Of a DNA stretch of 64,000 nucleotides, positions 1 to 9,196 are shown one piece after another. The position numbers were made by a program, and so were the translations under genes. The notes under the pieces are model-generated. The model did not search any database and was not told the DNA's origin. It was given only the letters and a program-made list of their open reading frames with translations. Origin of the DNA: Klebsiella phage KP2025; sequence record PP919962.1; one strand, written 5' to 3'. Position 1 is the stretch's first letter, and each line of letters starts with the position of its first letter.

Positions 1-3
1 ACA

Positions 4-372
4 TTAAAGTTTCCTCATTTTGTGAATGTGTTTAGGGGCAATATAACTTACAGTGTTAAAAATTTCCATCTCTTCTTTATCTACATGTACATTACCAGTT
101 TCAGCACAAAACACACTTCCTAACCACACGTACATACAACGGCTATCACCAACGCCAAAGCAAGGCTTATCATTCATATCCCCAAAAATAAAATTCTCCT
201 CTTTATTCATAGGAACACCATCAATGAACAGAATGTACCCTGCATCCTTAAGTTCTTGCATTTCAATTGCTCGTGTAAGCCCTTTCACGAAGCGACGATA
301 TGAGAGTTTGTTTCTGAAATCACCCTCTTGAATTTCCGTTAGATGGCTTTTATTGATTTTAACATTTTTCAT
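4..372 (-). CDS. hypothetical protein, C-terminus truncated by window edge
   Basis: Open frame runs off position 1 without a stop. ATG at 372 with GAGGAC RBS. TTGACT-N16-TAAGAT promoter-like on minus strand at about 393-425. Confidence 0.5.
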   Translation of the reverse strand: MKNVKINKSHLTEIQEGDFRNKLSYRRFVKGLTRAIEMQELKDAGYILFIDGVPMNKEENFIFGDMNDKPCFGVGDSRCMYVWLGSVFCAETGNVHVDKEEMEIFNTVSYIAPKHIHKMRKL

Positions 373-488
373 GATTTGTCCTCTTGACTAGGTATGCAAC
401 AATCTTATCAAACCGAAAAAGAAAGTCAAGACTTGACAGAAAATAAATTTCAGATAAGATGAAGCTATCTTAACAAAAGGAGGAACCC

Positions 489-719
489 ATGAAGAAACTT
501 ATTCTGATCGCAGCACTGCTGCTTGCTGGTTGTGACGCTTACACCGATGATGTAAGTGGTCGTTATGAACTGCCTAAAGGTCTAAAAGATTGTGAAGTGT
601 ATCGTATGACCGCCTCACGAGGCAAAGATCTTTATGTTGTACGTTGTCCTAACAGCACAACTGGTGTATCATACACTGAAAACAAAAACACGGTATCCAC
701 CACAACCATTTCGGAGTAA
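489..719 (+). CDS. small lipoprotein
   Basis: AAAGGAGG RBS 5 nt before ATG. Signal peptide with lipobox LLAGC. Confidence 0.7.
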   Translation: MKKLILIAALLLAGCDAYTDDVSGRYELPKGLKDCEVYRMTASRGKDLYVVRCPNSTTGVSYTENKNTVSTTTISE

Positions 720-721
720 TA

Positions 722-1015
722 ATGAATATCACTGCGTCTACTAAGAACATCTCAGAAACCGCAGAAGGTTATGGCATCATTATTGCCATTCACGGTGTTA
801 ATGAGAAGTGGTTAGCTTCTTTCGAGGAGGACGAAGAGCGCAACATTCGTCTGGATGCACCAATCAAGGTGCTGCATCAAATTGGTGAGGAGAAGACATG
901 CTTGCGTTCATATCAAGAGTGGAGTGTCACCAACGAGTTGATTAAAATGCTTGACTTTGTGATCGACTTGTTCGATACTGCACCTACCGAAACGAAGAAA
1001 GTGTTGGCATTCTAA
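722..1015 (+). CDS. hypothetical protein
   Basis: Tight ATG after upstream stop; coding-like composition. Confidence 0.6.
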   Translation: MNITASTKNISETAEGYGIIIAIHGVNEKWLASFEEDEERNIRLDAPIKVLHQIGEEKTCLRSYQEWSVTNELIKMLDFVIDLFDTAPTETKKVLAF

Positions 1016-1028
1016 GAGGAGAACTCAA

Positions 1029-1499
1029 ATGGCTATTCCTGATTACGCAGACGAACGTTCATACGGTAACTTTAGTCGTGGTTTTGTTGGCACAGCACAC
1101 GGGGACAATGGTTCTAGTTATCGCACCAGTTGGAATACCCAGTGTGATGCAGAACCCACTAAAATGATTCTCACATATGGGCGTCCAGTATGCGCCTATT
1201 GTGGTAATATGGGCTTGGCTCTTCAACCCAATATTGATCGGTTCCGGGACTACGACGTCGTAGGTTACACTTGCGTATGCAAGGATGCTATGGATGAAGC
1301 AGAGTGGCGAAACGAAATGATAGCTCTTCAAAATAAGCATGAAGAAGAAATCCAAGCATTAAAATGTCGTGAGCCAAAGACAAACCCAGATGTAATTAAA
1401 CGCATCATTACACGCTTGACAAGCAAGCTTGAAGACGCTAAAACTATGTCAGAAGTGCAAGATATCCTAGAACAACTAAAAGCTGTACGCGAGGAGTAA
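1029..1499 (+). CDS. hypothetical protein with CxxC pairs
   Basis: AAGAGGAG RBS. CAYCGN and CVCKD motifs suggest a zinc site. Confidence 0.65.
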   Translation: MAIPDYADERSYGNFSRGFVGTAHGDNGSSYRTSWNTQCDAEPTKMILTYGRPVCAYCGNMGLALQPNIDRFRDYDVVGYTCVCKDAMDEAEWRNEMIALQNKHEEEIQALKCREPKTNPDVIKRIITRLTSKLEDAKTMSEVQDILEQLKAVREE

Positions 1500-1503
1500 G
1501 AAT

Positions 1504-1896
1504 ATGAAGAATGAGAAAGGCGATACCATTACCGAAGTGATCCTGGAGAAAGAAGATGTGTTGGATCTGGATACTACTCTCGCCACCATCATTTTTCAGG
1601 GGTTGTGTCAGTTCCGGGTAGTGATTGCAAATGATCCATTCCGCGCTGTTCCTAGTCTGCTGTTGCGTGAGATGTTCCCAACTGTTTCACAGGGAGAGCA
1701 TACGGAAGAACAAATTGAACAGGCTGATAAAGAGTGGTTGCGGATTGTTGACCGCATGATTGAGGCATTTGATCAGAGCAAAGGCATCATTCATCATTCA
1801 GACCCTTATTATGTTGCAAAACGTACAGAACGTCTTGACATTGAACGAGAAGGGCGTATACTCTTTGCTAAATACTTCAACAGCCTCTATAACTAA
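1504..1896 (+). CDS. hypothetical protein
   Basis: ORF packed 4 nt after upstream stop; acidic. Confidence 0.6.
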   Translation: MKNEKGDTITEVILEKEDVLDLDTTLATIIFQGLCQFRVVIANDPFRAVPSLLLREMFPTVSQGEHTEEQIEQADKEWLRIVDRMIEAFDQSKGIIHHSDPYYVAKRTERLDIEREGRILFAKYFNSLYN

Positions 1897-1905
1897 GGAG
1901 AAAAT

Positions 1906-2241
1906 ATGTTTAGCCCAAACGTACTGGAAATGTTTGAACACTTGGTTGATAATGATATTGACGTGTCTTTGCATAAACGCGAAGATGGGATTTACTACGC
2001 TGATCTACATAGCTTAGCTAAGAGCCACTTGCACGTTTTCGAGCAAAATGGTAAAGTGGTGTTTGATATGCGTTATGGCAGACAGGAAGAGGTTTCTCGT
2101 GAGGAAGATGCAGAAGCTCTTCTTTACCAAGCTGCTTGCTGCTTCGCTTACCACTGTATCTGTGGGCGTAGCTTCGGTAATCATGCGTGGAATAAACTTT
2201 GTAGAGAATTGGATATTACCGTTAATTATGGAGAACTGTAA
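1906..2241 (+). CDS. hypothetical protein
   Basis: AAGGAGAAAAT ATG. Confidence 0.65.
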   Translation: MFSPNVLEMFEHLVDNDIDVSLHKREDGIYYADLHSLAKSHLHVFEQNGKVVFDMRYGRQEEVSREEDAEALLYQAACCFAYHCICGRSFGNHAWNKLCRELDITVNYGEL

Positions 2242-2483
2242 TGAACTTCGGTAAAGGTCAGAAGATAACGGTTTATTGCGAAGACGATATGATCTTTGCA
2301 CTGGAACTGCTTGAAGATGCAGGTTTCAAATGGATCAACGGTAATGAGAAGCCGACAGAATGGCTTCCACATGAAAAAATTGCTGGACATACGTTTCCTG
2401 ATAGCATAAACTGGCATTCAGACGGCAAGATTTGCCGAGGAAACTATCCGTCAGGTAAAGAGTGGACGACGAGGGTATTTTGA
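2241..2483 (+). CDS. hypothetical protein
   Basis: ATGA stop-start overlap with upstream gene. Confidence 0.55.
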   Translation: MNFGKGQKITVYCEDDMIFALELLEDAGFKWINGNEKPTEWLPHEKIAGHTFPDSINWHSDGKICRGNYPSGKEWTTRVF

Positions 2484-2731
2484 TTAAAGTTAAAAAGAAA
2501 ATGATCTCCGAAGATGCAGCAGACCATTTGTACCTCTGCGGCAAGGTATGGCGTGAGTACGTCGCTGGTAAGGAAGTAGTGGTTGTCACCGAACATAAGA
2601 TCTGCGCCACAGAGTTATTCGGAGATTATTATAAAATAATCAAGTTAGGTATTGACAAAGGACTAGTACAACTAGTAACCTTGTCTCAAGTTAAAGCAGA
2701 ACACTTTGATAAGTGTTTGGTAGAATTCTAG
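2462..2731 (+). CDS. hypothetical protein (start uncertain)
   Basis: ORF overlaps upstream gene by 22 nt. Alternative ATG at 2501. Confidence 0.35.
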   Translation: MDDEGILIKVKKKMISEDAADHLYLCGKVWREYVAGKEVVVVTEHKICATELFGDYYKIIKLGIDKGLVQLVTLSQVKAEHFDKCLVEF

Positions 2732-2745
2732 CAGAGGGGACTGAC

Positions 2746-3138
2746 ATGGATAAACAATTAGAAGTAAAAGCAAGTGAATTACTCGTCAAAATGATCGATG
2801 TTACCGTTCAATCCGTTAGTGATGTAGTTGAATTTGGTAAGCAGCAAATACCAGAGGTTATTCATCAGCTTCTGATGTGGAATGCACTCAAAGCCAGTAT
2901 CTGGGTGGTTGTTGCAGTAGTATTCAGCATCTTTCTCTGTACAGTGGTTAACCGTGCGAAGCCTGTACTCAACGAGTCAGAATCCGGTTTCGGTACTTTC
3001 ATACAGATTCTGGGTTGGCTGATTGCGATGGTAGTTGGCGGATCGGTGTTCATGATTAACTTGCTGCAAGCAGCATACATCTTGATTGCACCGAAGGTAT
3101 GGCTCATTGAATACGCAGCAGAGTTGATTAAAAAATGA
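2746..3138 (+). CDS. membrane protein (two predicted TM helices)
   Basis: GAGGGGA RBS then ATG 2746; hydrophobic segments. Confidence 0.55.
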   Translation: MDKQLEVKASELLVKMIDVTVQSVSDVVEFGKQQIPEVIHQLLMWNALKASIWVVVAVVFSIFLCTVVNRAKPVLNESESGFGTFIQILGWLIAMVVGGSVFMINLLQAAYILIAPKVWLIEYAAELIKK

Positions 3139-3338
3139 CAGAATTATTTATTCAAAAACTAACCTTGGTAGTCTTTTTGATTGGTTGGTTGTGTGGCTCC
3201 ATCTGGTTCTGGTTCAAAGGGGATTGGGTGATAAGGAAAGACTTTGTTTTATCCTTTTTGGCTGGTCTTATATGTAGCGCGGGAGCAATCATAACAGTTT
3301 ACAGTATTATTTTCACAGTCTTATTTTTAATTTCATAA
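3135..3338 (+). CDS. small membrane protein
   Basis: ATGA overlap with upstream gene; hydrophobic. Confidence 0.5.
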   Translation: MTELFIQKLTLVVFLIGWLCGSIWFWFKGDWVIRKDFVLSFLAGLICSAGAIITVYSIIFTVLFLIS

Positions 3339-3347
3339 GGAGGCAAT

Positions 3348-4472
3348 GTGTCATACACAATTTATGGGGATATTGCAGTAGTGGATAAAGAGGCGGGTGT
3401 TAAGAGTGAAACTCTCCCCGCTGGTTTCTGGACAGTGAGCCGTGATCCACTGGGGAACTACTTCCTGAGTCGTGGTGATTTGACAGGCGTACCAAGCGTC
3501 TTGTATGGTGAAACAGAGAAACGTGCCGCGCATATCATTTCCACCTACAAACGTCGTGCAGAGCAGGGCAAGAACACAGGTGTTCTCCTGTCAGGCACAA
3601 AAGGTAGCGGTAAAACCATGCTGGCTAAAGTAATTAGCCGTAAGCTCGCCGCCGAAGGTTTGCCAGTGATTATGGTAACGCAAGCGTATAGCGATGCCAA
3701 CTTCATTGAACTGATGAGCAAGATTGCAGAAAAAGCCATCATCATCTTCGATGAGTTTGACAAAGTGTACGAGAAGAAACAGGATCAGGAGGCGCTGTTA
3801 ACGCTTCTGGATGGAACTGGTAGCGGTAATAAACTATTCATTCTCACGAAGAATAGTGGTTTTATCTCCGAGTTCTTCCTGAACCGTCCAAGCCGTGTGT
3901 TCTATAGTTTCAACTATGATAAGATCTCCTTGGAAACAATGCTTGATTATCTGGATAAGAATCTGGATAATAAGGAGCATCAGGCAAGCTTCCAGCGTCT
4001 GTGGGATGTGAGTTTAGAACTCTCCTTCGATGTGATTCAAGGCATCGTGGAAGAGCTTAACTTCTACAAAGACATGACCTTCAAAGCATGTCTGGATATG
4101 ATGGGTATTTCCCTGGGCGGTGAAGCCAAGTGGGATATCAGTAGTATCACCGTGAACGGCAAACTGGCAGAAGTGAACTGGGTTAGCAACTGGCATGGAT
4201 TCAATCCAATGTCATTCCTGAGTGGCATCAAAACCCTTGATGTTTACCTGCGTCCGGCAACGCAGGACAATCAGGAAGCATTCGAAGACTGTTCCGCAGT
4301 CACCATCGATGACGAAGGTGATCCACGCATTCACCTGAACGCCACGAAGTGGAAAACAGACCTGATTGCAGGTGGTAAACTGGTGGTTTACAGTGATGTG
4401 CCAGGTGATAGTTTCCGAATTGTGTTAGAGCCAAGTACAACACGTTCAGCAAATCTGTCACTGCTTTACTAA
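3348..4472 (+). CDS. AAA-family ATPase (P-loop NTPase)
   Basis: AAGGAGG RBS then GTG start. Walker A GTKGSGKT and Walker B IIIFDEFD. Confidence 0.7.
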   Translation: MSYTIYGDIAVVDKEAGVKSETLPAGFWTVSRDPLGNYFLSRGDLTGVPSVLYGETEKRAAHIISTYKRRAEQGKNTGVLLSGTKGSGKTMLAKVISRKLAAEGLPVIMVTQAYSDANFIELMSKIAEKAIIIFDEFDKVYEKKQDQEALLTLLDGTGSGNKLFILTKNSGFISEFFLNRPSRVFYSFNYDKISLETMLDYLDKNLDNKEHQASFQRLWDVSLELSFDVIQGIVEELNFYKDMTFKACLDMMGISLGGEAKWDISSITVNGKLAEVNWVSNWHGFNPMSFLSGIKTLDVYLRPATQDNQEAFEDCSAVTIDDEGDPRIHLNATKWKTDLIAGGKLVVYSDVPGDSFRIVLEPSTTRSANLSLLY

Positions 4473-4476
4473 AATA

Positions 4477-4497
4477 AGCCCCGGAAGGGGCTTTCTT
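4477..4497 (+). terminator. rho-independent terminator
   Basis: AGCCCC-GGAA-GGGGCT followed by TTCTTC. Confidence 0.6.
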
Positions 4498-4513
4498 CAT
4501 GTGGAGGGTTAAA

Positions 4514-4861
4514 ATGAAAGTAGAAGTTGCAGTTGCAGTTGTACGTTGGGAAGAAGTAGACCTCGTAGAAGCAATGGAGTTTCATCGTATTGCTTGGGAC
4601 TATGACATTATTACAGGTAATTTTGCAGAACGCTACTATCCTGCGGAGAGGGATGATGTTATTCTGGAGATAAACCAAGAGCTAGTTAATACATGGGGTG
4701 GAGGTAATGACAGCCATAGTATTGCATGGTTGGAGTGTGCTTCGTTATTACCTATTCTTGAAGGTCTGCGCGGCAGTGATATTAAACGTGCAGTGGTACA
4801 GTATGTTAAAGACAATATCGAACGTGTGATTGACACAAATAAAACAGGAGGTTATTGGTGA
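4514..4861 (+). CDS. hypothetical protein
   Basis: GGAGGG RBS 6 nt before ATG 4514. Confidence 0.55.
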   Translation: MKVEVAVAVVRWEEVDLVEAMEFHRIAWDYDIITGNFAERYYPAERDDVILEINQELVNTWGGGNDSHSIAWLECASLLPILEGLRGSDIKRAVVQYVKDNIERVIDTNKTGGYW

Positions 4862-5475
4862 AATTTGATAACCTAATCGTAGTGGGTATGCGAGACAAAA
4901 TACCGGAAGGGTTTACAGTGGTTAACACTACGAGTCGTGATAAAGAGGGCTATGGACAGCAGCTTAGCCCGTTCTATTTACGTAATATACCAATGTACGA
5001 TGGCATAATAGCAAAGAATATGGAGAACGCCTGGCAGTTTAGTAAAGTGTACGAAGAGCACGTAGACGAGAATGGTGATCCGACGGAAGCGTATTACACG
5101 TGGGCGCGAGCTGGTTGGGCCAACTGGAGAGCAGAACGCTACCCTATGGGTAAGGGTAGAAAGCCTCTATACAACCTATGGGACGGCAAGAAACTGGACT
5201 ACATCTCCGCTCGTCGTAATCTCTACTTCCCAATGTACGCTCGTGCAGTGGTGCAAACAGAAACGTTCAAAGATCTGTGGAAACGGGTTAATGATGGTGA
5301 AAAGATTGCACTATTGGACTTTGACGGCTATCATTACCAAAAGTTAAGTATGGATTATTATGATGTAATTCATGCTGAGGACAAAAAGTGTGGTCATGGT
5401 TTCGTTATCTACGGGTTAATTCAAAGAGAACTAATTCTAAGTGGCGACCGACTTTTCCTACCAATGCTAGGCTAA
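4858..5475 (+). CDS. hypothetical protein
   Basis: AGGAGG RBS then GTG 4858 (track used TTG 4855). 205 aa; no motif recognised. Confidence 0.55.
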   Translation: MKFDNLIVVGMRDKIPEGFTVVNTTSRDKEGYGQQLSPFYLRNIPMYDGIIAKNMENAWQFSKVYEEHVDENGDPTEAYYTWARAGWANWRAERYPMGKGRKPLYNLWDGKKLDYISARRNLYFPMYARAVVQTETFKDLWKRVNDGEKIALLDFDGYHYQKLSMDYYDVIHAEDKKCGHGFVIYGLIQRELILSGDRLFLPMLG

Positions 5476-5694
5476 CCTGATATTATCTGATATTTTAAAA
5501 ATTTTATTTTTAGAATAAAGGGGGCGGGGGTTCAGATTTCCAGAGCCTCCAGCTTTCTAATCTAAATTACTACGTATTCTTAATAAATGATAACCGAATG
5601 TTCTCCCTACTTAAAACCAATTTGGAGCGAACATTTTTTGTTGCATAAACAGGTCATAAAACATAACCCTACCTTAGTTATAGAACAAATCAAA

Positions 5695-5930
5695 GGAAAA
5701 GTTTCTAAAATTATTTAAAGTTTCTACAGATTTCTTTGAACTTTTACCTAAAAACAAAATTTAAAATTTCCCTAAATTATTTAAACTTTTTCTGTATCTT
5801 ACTACAGAAAAAACGTAAACTAAAATTTAAAATTTCCAAAAAATTCCCCAATTATTAAAAGTTTTTCAACTTTTCGATCTGCATTTTTCCAAAAGCAAAA
5901 TTTAGAATTCTCTAAAAATTTCCAGATGCA
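5695..5930. repeat. A+T-rich imperfect direct repeats (units about 65 bp containing AAAATTTAAAATTTCC)
   Basis: AAAATTTAAAATTTCC at about 5756 and 5822, diverged copy at about 5898. Repeated ATTATTTAAA(G/C)TTT. Not CRISPR-like. Confidence 0.6.
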
Positions 5931-5949
5931 TATGATAATCATTATTATT

Positions 5950-6032
5950 TGCAAATGAGAATCATTCCCATTTAAAAAGTTGAATGAGAATCATTCTCAT
6001 CTACAAACCGAAATGATTCTCATTCGCATCTG
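5950..6032. repeat. three copies of inverted repeat ATGAGAATCATTC(T/C)CAT, third copy inverted
   Basis: TGAGAA-TCAT-TTCTCA dyad at about 5956, 5985 and 6012. Related copies at 15964, 17405, 19164 and 19333. Confidence 0.6.
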
Positions 6033-6281
6033 CGGAATGACAGGCAGGTTCGGTGTTTGTCTCGCGATTCCCGTTACCCCTCGCCATGTAGAAATAATAA
6101 CACAACCAACACCAGGATCAAGCGTCTTTACATTTCTTTACAAAACTCATTAAGGCGATCTACCGGCGATCTACCTTACATCCAGTGCCCTGGTATGCTA
6201 GCCCCGTTTAACGCCAGGGGCGGCGCTTCCTCTTCTGTATGTGATGATTATAGCCCAGCTTGCGCCAGGCTGTCAACACGT

Positions 6282-6476
6282 TTAATGAGAATCCTGGGAC
6301 AATCTTTTCTCGATCTCTCGTTTAGCCCGCTCCAGGCCTATCTCACCTTTATAGCCGATGATAGCGCAACGTGTGGAATGTGTGATCCCTGTCTTATACA
6401 CGTCATAACCGTATCCAACAATCTTTACCCAATATTTACCGCAAGGTGATTCGTAAGCAATATCTGACTCTTTCAT
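6282..6476 (-). CDS. hypothetical protein (only minus-strand gene in the early block)
   Basis: 64 aa ORF; GGAGG upstream of the ATG. Confidence 0.4.
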   Translation of the reverse strand: MKESDIAYESPCGKYWVKIVGYGYDVYKTGITHSTRCAIIGYKGEIGLERAKREIEKRLSQDSH

Positions 6477-6662
6477 TTTATTAACCTCGTTATGCCTCCA
6501 CCGTGGCGGCTTGATAACTACTATATACTAATGAAGGTAAAACGCAAGCGAAAAGATTTAGAAAATATTTGCATCCAAGTATTGACGCGAGGATCACACC
6601 GAGCTATTATTTCCTACACAAGGCGAGGCGATAGGCGCTGCGCGCACTAGGAAGAAAAGAAA

Positions 6663-6884
6663 ATGGCAACATTACACGTCGTAGTTTATAAGCACGCTGT
6701 AACGGGTGATGATATGATCCAGGTGCTTGTTAATGGCTTTTGTGAAATGGAAAGAGAAGGCGATTTTAACGGTTATTGTATTGTGTGTGCTTTCCTTGAT
6801 TCCCTGGTCGAAATGTGCGTGATCACTCACGACCAGCGCGAAGCGAAGATCAACCGCCTGAAAAAACTTTTAGATATCGAATAA
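6663..6884 (+). CDS. hypothetical early protein
   Basis: TTGACG-N17-TATTAT promoter at about 6577-6605 and GC hairpin upstream. Confidence 0.55.
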   Translation: MATLHVVVYKHAVTGDDMIQVLVNGFCEMEREGDFNGYCIVCAFLDSLVEMCVITHDQREAKINRLKKLLDIE

Positions 6885-6891
6885 AAACCGC

Positions 6892-6953
6892 TTGACAGAT
6901 TCACACAGTAACGTATAATTCACTTCATAGGCAGCGGGAATGGTTCCCGCGCC
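6892..6953 (+). promoter_or_regulatory. sigma70-type promoter plus 5' UTR stem-loop module
   Basis: TTGACA 6892-6897, TATAAT 6914-6919, hairpin GCAGCGGGAATGGTTCCCGCGCC 6931-6953. Confidence 0.65.
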
Positions 6954-6973
6954 GATACAAAGAGATTAAAATT

Positions 6974-7510
6974 ATGTCTGACATCATCGAAACTTTCAAA
7001 TTCTCCCGTAATAACATCGACTTTACTGTTAATGTAGTATGTGCACAATGTTATGATGGTTTTGGTGATCAATGGAAGATGACCGATACGCACGAGGGCG
7101 GCGTGACTATCAAAAATGCCGACGCCGGGCGGAATAGTTATAAATATGCCATTCCCCAGCAAACTACCCTGGCGGAGCTGGCAAGCTACTACGCTGCACA
7201 AGGGCGAGAAAACCCTAGCCGCGAAGCCTATGAAAGTTTACAGCGGCAATTATCACGAGATATTAACGCAAGTGATTATTATTTCACGGTTGACGCTAGC
7301 GCCGGATCTCATACCCTGTTAGATGGTGCGGTGATCGCTTGCGGGTTCGACTACTCATATGATGATGAGGGATCATTGTTAGACGCCGCCCAGGAAGTGT
7401 GGAAAGAGCACGATGGGGAAGCCGAAGCCCTGGAAGAGGCAACAAAAGCGGCGCGTGTTCTCTTGGAAGCTGTGGATGTGTTGAAAAGTATTGTTGAAAA
7501 CGCGCAATAA
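6974..7510 (+). CDS. hypothetical acidic early protein
   Basis: AAAGAGATTAAAATT ATG leader shared with sibling genes. 178 aa, D/E-rich. Confidence 0.65.
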   Translation: MSDIIETFKFSRNNIDFTVNVVCAQCYDGFGDQWKMTDTHEGGVTIKNADAGRNSYKYAIPQQTTLAELASYYAAQGRENPSREAYESLQRQLSRDINASDYYFTVDASAGSHTLLDGAVIACGFDYSYDDEGSLLDAAQEVWKEHDGEAEALEEATKAARVLLEAVDVLKSIVENAQ

Positions 7511-7513
7511 TAC

Positions 7514-7542
7514 TTGACGCGCCCAAAGAAAGGGCGCATAAT
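7514..7542 (+). promoter_or_regulatory. promoter with palindromic spacer
   Basis: TTGACG, spacer GCGCCCAAAGAAAGGGCG, then CATAAT. Confidence 0.6.
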
Positions 7543-7572
7543 TCTCCTACACCAACAAAAGAGATTTGAAAA

Positions 7573-7863
7573 ATGAAAATTTCAGAGAACAAAGATTTAA
7601 TTTTCACCGTTAAAAATTATATCCGCCACCCGTATGAATTTGGCGGATATCCGAAAATTTTAATTATGCGTGATGGTAGTTGCCTTTGCTCAAAGTGTAC
7701 GCATGAAAATTTTCCCCGCCTATTGGAAGAATTAAGAGATGAGAGTGATCTAGCATGGATGCCCGCGGACGTGGATGTTTTCTGGGAAGGTGCGGATTTC
7801 CCGTGTGGTAATTGCGGGACTCCGATCCATAGTGCATATGGAGATCCCGAAGAAGAAGAATAA
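7573..7863 (+). CDS. small zinc-finger protein
   Basis: CLCSKC...CGNCG pairs; acidic tail. Confidence 0.6.
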   Translation: MKISENKDLIFTVKNYIRHPYEFGGYPKILIMRDGSCLCSKCTHENFPRLLEELRDESDLAWMPADVDVFWEGADFPCGNCGTPIHSAYGDPEEEE

Positions 7864-7866
7864 ATA

Positions 7867-7924
7867 TTGACAAGCATCTAAAAGATAATAAACTGTTAAT
7901 CAAAGGGCGGGAATGGTTCCCGCC
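7867..7924 (+). promoter_or_regulatory. promoter plus 5' UTR stem-loop module
   Basis: TTGACA 7867, TAAACT -10, hairpin GGGCGGGAATGGTTCCCGCC 7905-7924. Near-duplicate of module at 9452. Confidence 0.6.
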
Positions 7925-7944
7925 ACAATAAAGAGAGAAAAATT

Positions 7945-8091
7945 ATGAAACAACGTGTAATGAAAATCCACACCAACACCGGATCAACCGTTGTAACTCC
8001 CTCCCGTTTCGCTATCGCAAGCCGTTGCGCTCGTTTGAAACGTGAGTTAAAATCTAACCAGGGCGCGGGGTTTACCAGATGGGGGAAATAA
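7945..8091 (+). CDS. small basic hypothetical protein (48 aa)
   Basis: Conserved leader AAAGAGAGAAAAATT ATG after hairpin. Below the track's 60 aa cutoff. Confidence 0.45.
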   Translation: MKQRVMKIHTNTGSTVVTPSRFAIASRCARLKRELKSNQGAGFTRWGK

Positions 8092-8098
8092 TAACGTA

Positions 8099-8359
8099 AT
8101 GAAGCCACTGTTTTTAAACTGTGAGGGCGAGGTGATCGCCTTCATGGATTCAACAGCCTACGATCTGGCACGGTATGCAATGACGTTTAAAGAGAACGTT
8201 TACAAACGGATTGGCGGCGGATACACTATCTTTAATCATCGTAATGCTGAGGTAAAGGACGTCACAAAGGTCGAGATAGGCAAATATCGGATCGGATGGA
8301 TGCCGTCAAGAGACGCGGCGAGCCTTTACCGTGTTTGCGAGTTAGTAACAAGGGGTTAG
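8099..8359 (+). CDS. hypothetical protein
   Basis: ORF with weak RBS. Confidence 0.45.
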   Translation: MKPLFLNCEGEVIAFMDSTAYDLARYAMTFKENVYKRIGGGYTIFNHRNAEVKDVTKVEIGKYRIGWMPSRDAASLYRVCELVTRG

Positions 8360-8362
8360 CCT

Positions 8363-8911
8363 ATGGGGCGCGAGCATGTTGTACAATCTTGGGTAAAACA
8401 TGATGAGGATGATTGGCGGGTAATACCGCCCCACCTCCTAGAAACTGCCAGCGGATACAGTGGCGAGCAAGTGGGGCAACGTGTAGCCCGTAACAACGGG
8501 AACACGGCGATTCGCGCCACGATTCCTGGTTGGCTGCCAAATGGCCGCGCCGACATTGCAGGGGCGGCAGATCCAGCGGATGAAGCAAAAGGTGATCCGC
8601 TACTGCTAGTAGATCCAGCGTTTAAGACGCTGTTAGAATACCCTAGCAAGGTGGCGGCACTGGAAGCGGCGTATCGGGCGGGTAAATTGCCGGATAGCTT
8701 ATATCGTAGCGCCTTGCGCGTCTTAGACGTGAAAGCAGATAAGGCACAGCGTAAAATTGATAAGCTGATTGGATCTGTCCTCCTGGAGGAAGAGAACGCG
8801 CCGGAGGAAGAGCCGGAGCTTGACCCGGTAGTCCTGGAAGAGGACGCGATCACGCCGTATCATCCTACGCCGGAAGAGGCAGCGCAAGCCCTGCGAAATT
8901 ATTTCAAATAA
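8363..8911 (+). CDS. hypothetical protein
   Basis: 182 aa. An antisense SG-rich ORF on the minus strand is judged spurious. Confidence 0.6.
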   Translation: MGREHVVQSWVKHDEDDWRVIPPHLLETASGYSGEQVGQRVARNNGNTAIRATIPGWLPNGRADIAGAADPADEAKGDPLLLVDPAFKTLLEYPSKVAALEAAYRAGKLPDSLYRSALRVLDVKADKAQRKIDKLIGSVLLEEENAPEEEPELDPVVLEEDAITPYHPTPEEAAQALRNYFK

Positions 8912-8915
8912 GGGA

Positions 8916-8973
8916 TTGACAAGCGCCCAAGAGGGGCGCATAATTCATCACATAGGGCGGCAATGATGCCGAC
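8916..8973 (+). promoter_or_regulatory. promoter with palindromic spacer plus 5' UTR stem-loop
   Basis: TTGACA, spacer AGCGCCCAAGAGGGGCG, CATAAT 8939-8944, hairpin GGGCGGCAATGATGCCGAC. Confidence 0.6.
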
Positions 8974-8990
8974 ACCAAAGAGGATAGATT

Positions 8991-9107
8991 ATGTTAATCA
9001 AGAAAGAAAACTGCTTTTTCACTGGTATTATTAATGCGCTGATCCTTTCGGTTCCATTGTGGGTAGTTATCGGTTTTACTTTGTGGTTAGTATCAAAAGC
9101 AGCGTAA
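8991..9107 (+). CDS. small membrane peptide (38 aa)
   Basis: AAAGAGGATAGATT ATG; hydrophobic core. Confidence 0.4.
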   Translation: MLIKKENCFFTGIINALILSVPLWVVIGFTLWLVSKAA

Positions 9108-9196
9108 AAACTAGTTGACAGGCAGATCCAAAGGGTCTAATATTCATATCAAGGCGGGGAGATAGGCGAACCGCCAAAGCTGAAAAGGTTAGCATT

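Noticed and set aside
5695-5930. Possible CRISPR array among the A+T-rich direct repeats
   Set aside because: Repeats are imperfect, A+T-only and irregularly spaced, with no unique spacers of uniform length. No cas genes are nearby.
6057-6449. 130 aa plus-strand ORF
   Set aside because: It lacks an RBS. It overlaps the minus-strand gene 6282-6476 and the inverted-repeat region. The amino-acid composition is non-protein-like.
8356-8853. 165 aa minus-strand ORF rich in Ser/Gly/Ala
   Set aside because: Antisense to the well-supported plus-strand gene 8363-8911. Low-complexity composition, no RBS and no promoter on that strand. Judged a shadow ORF.
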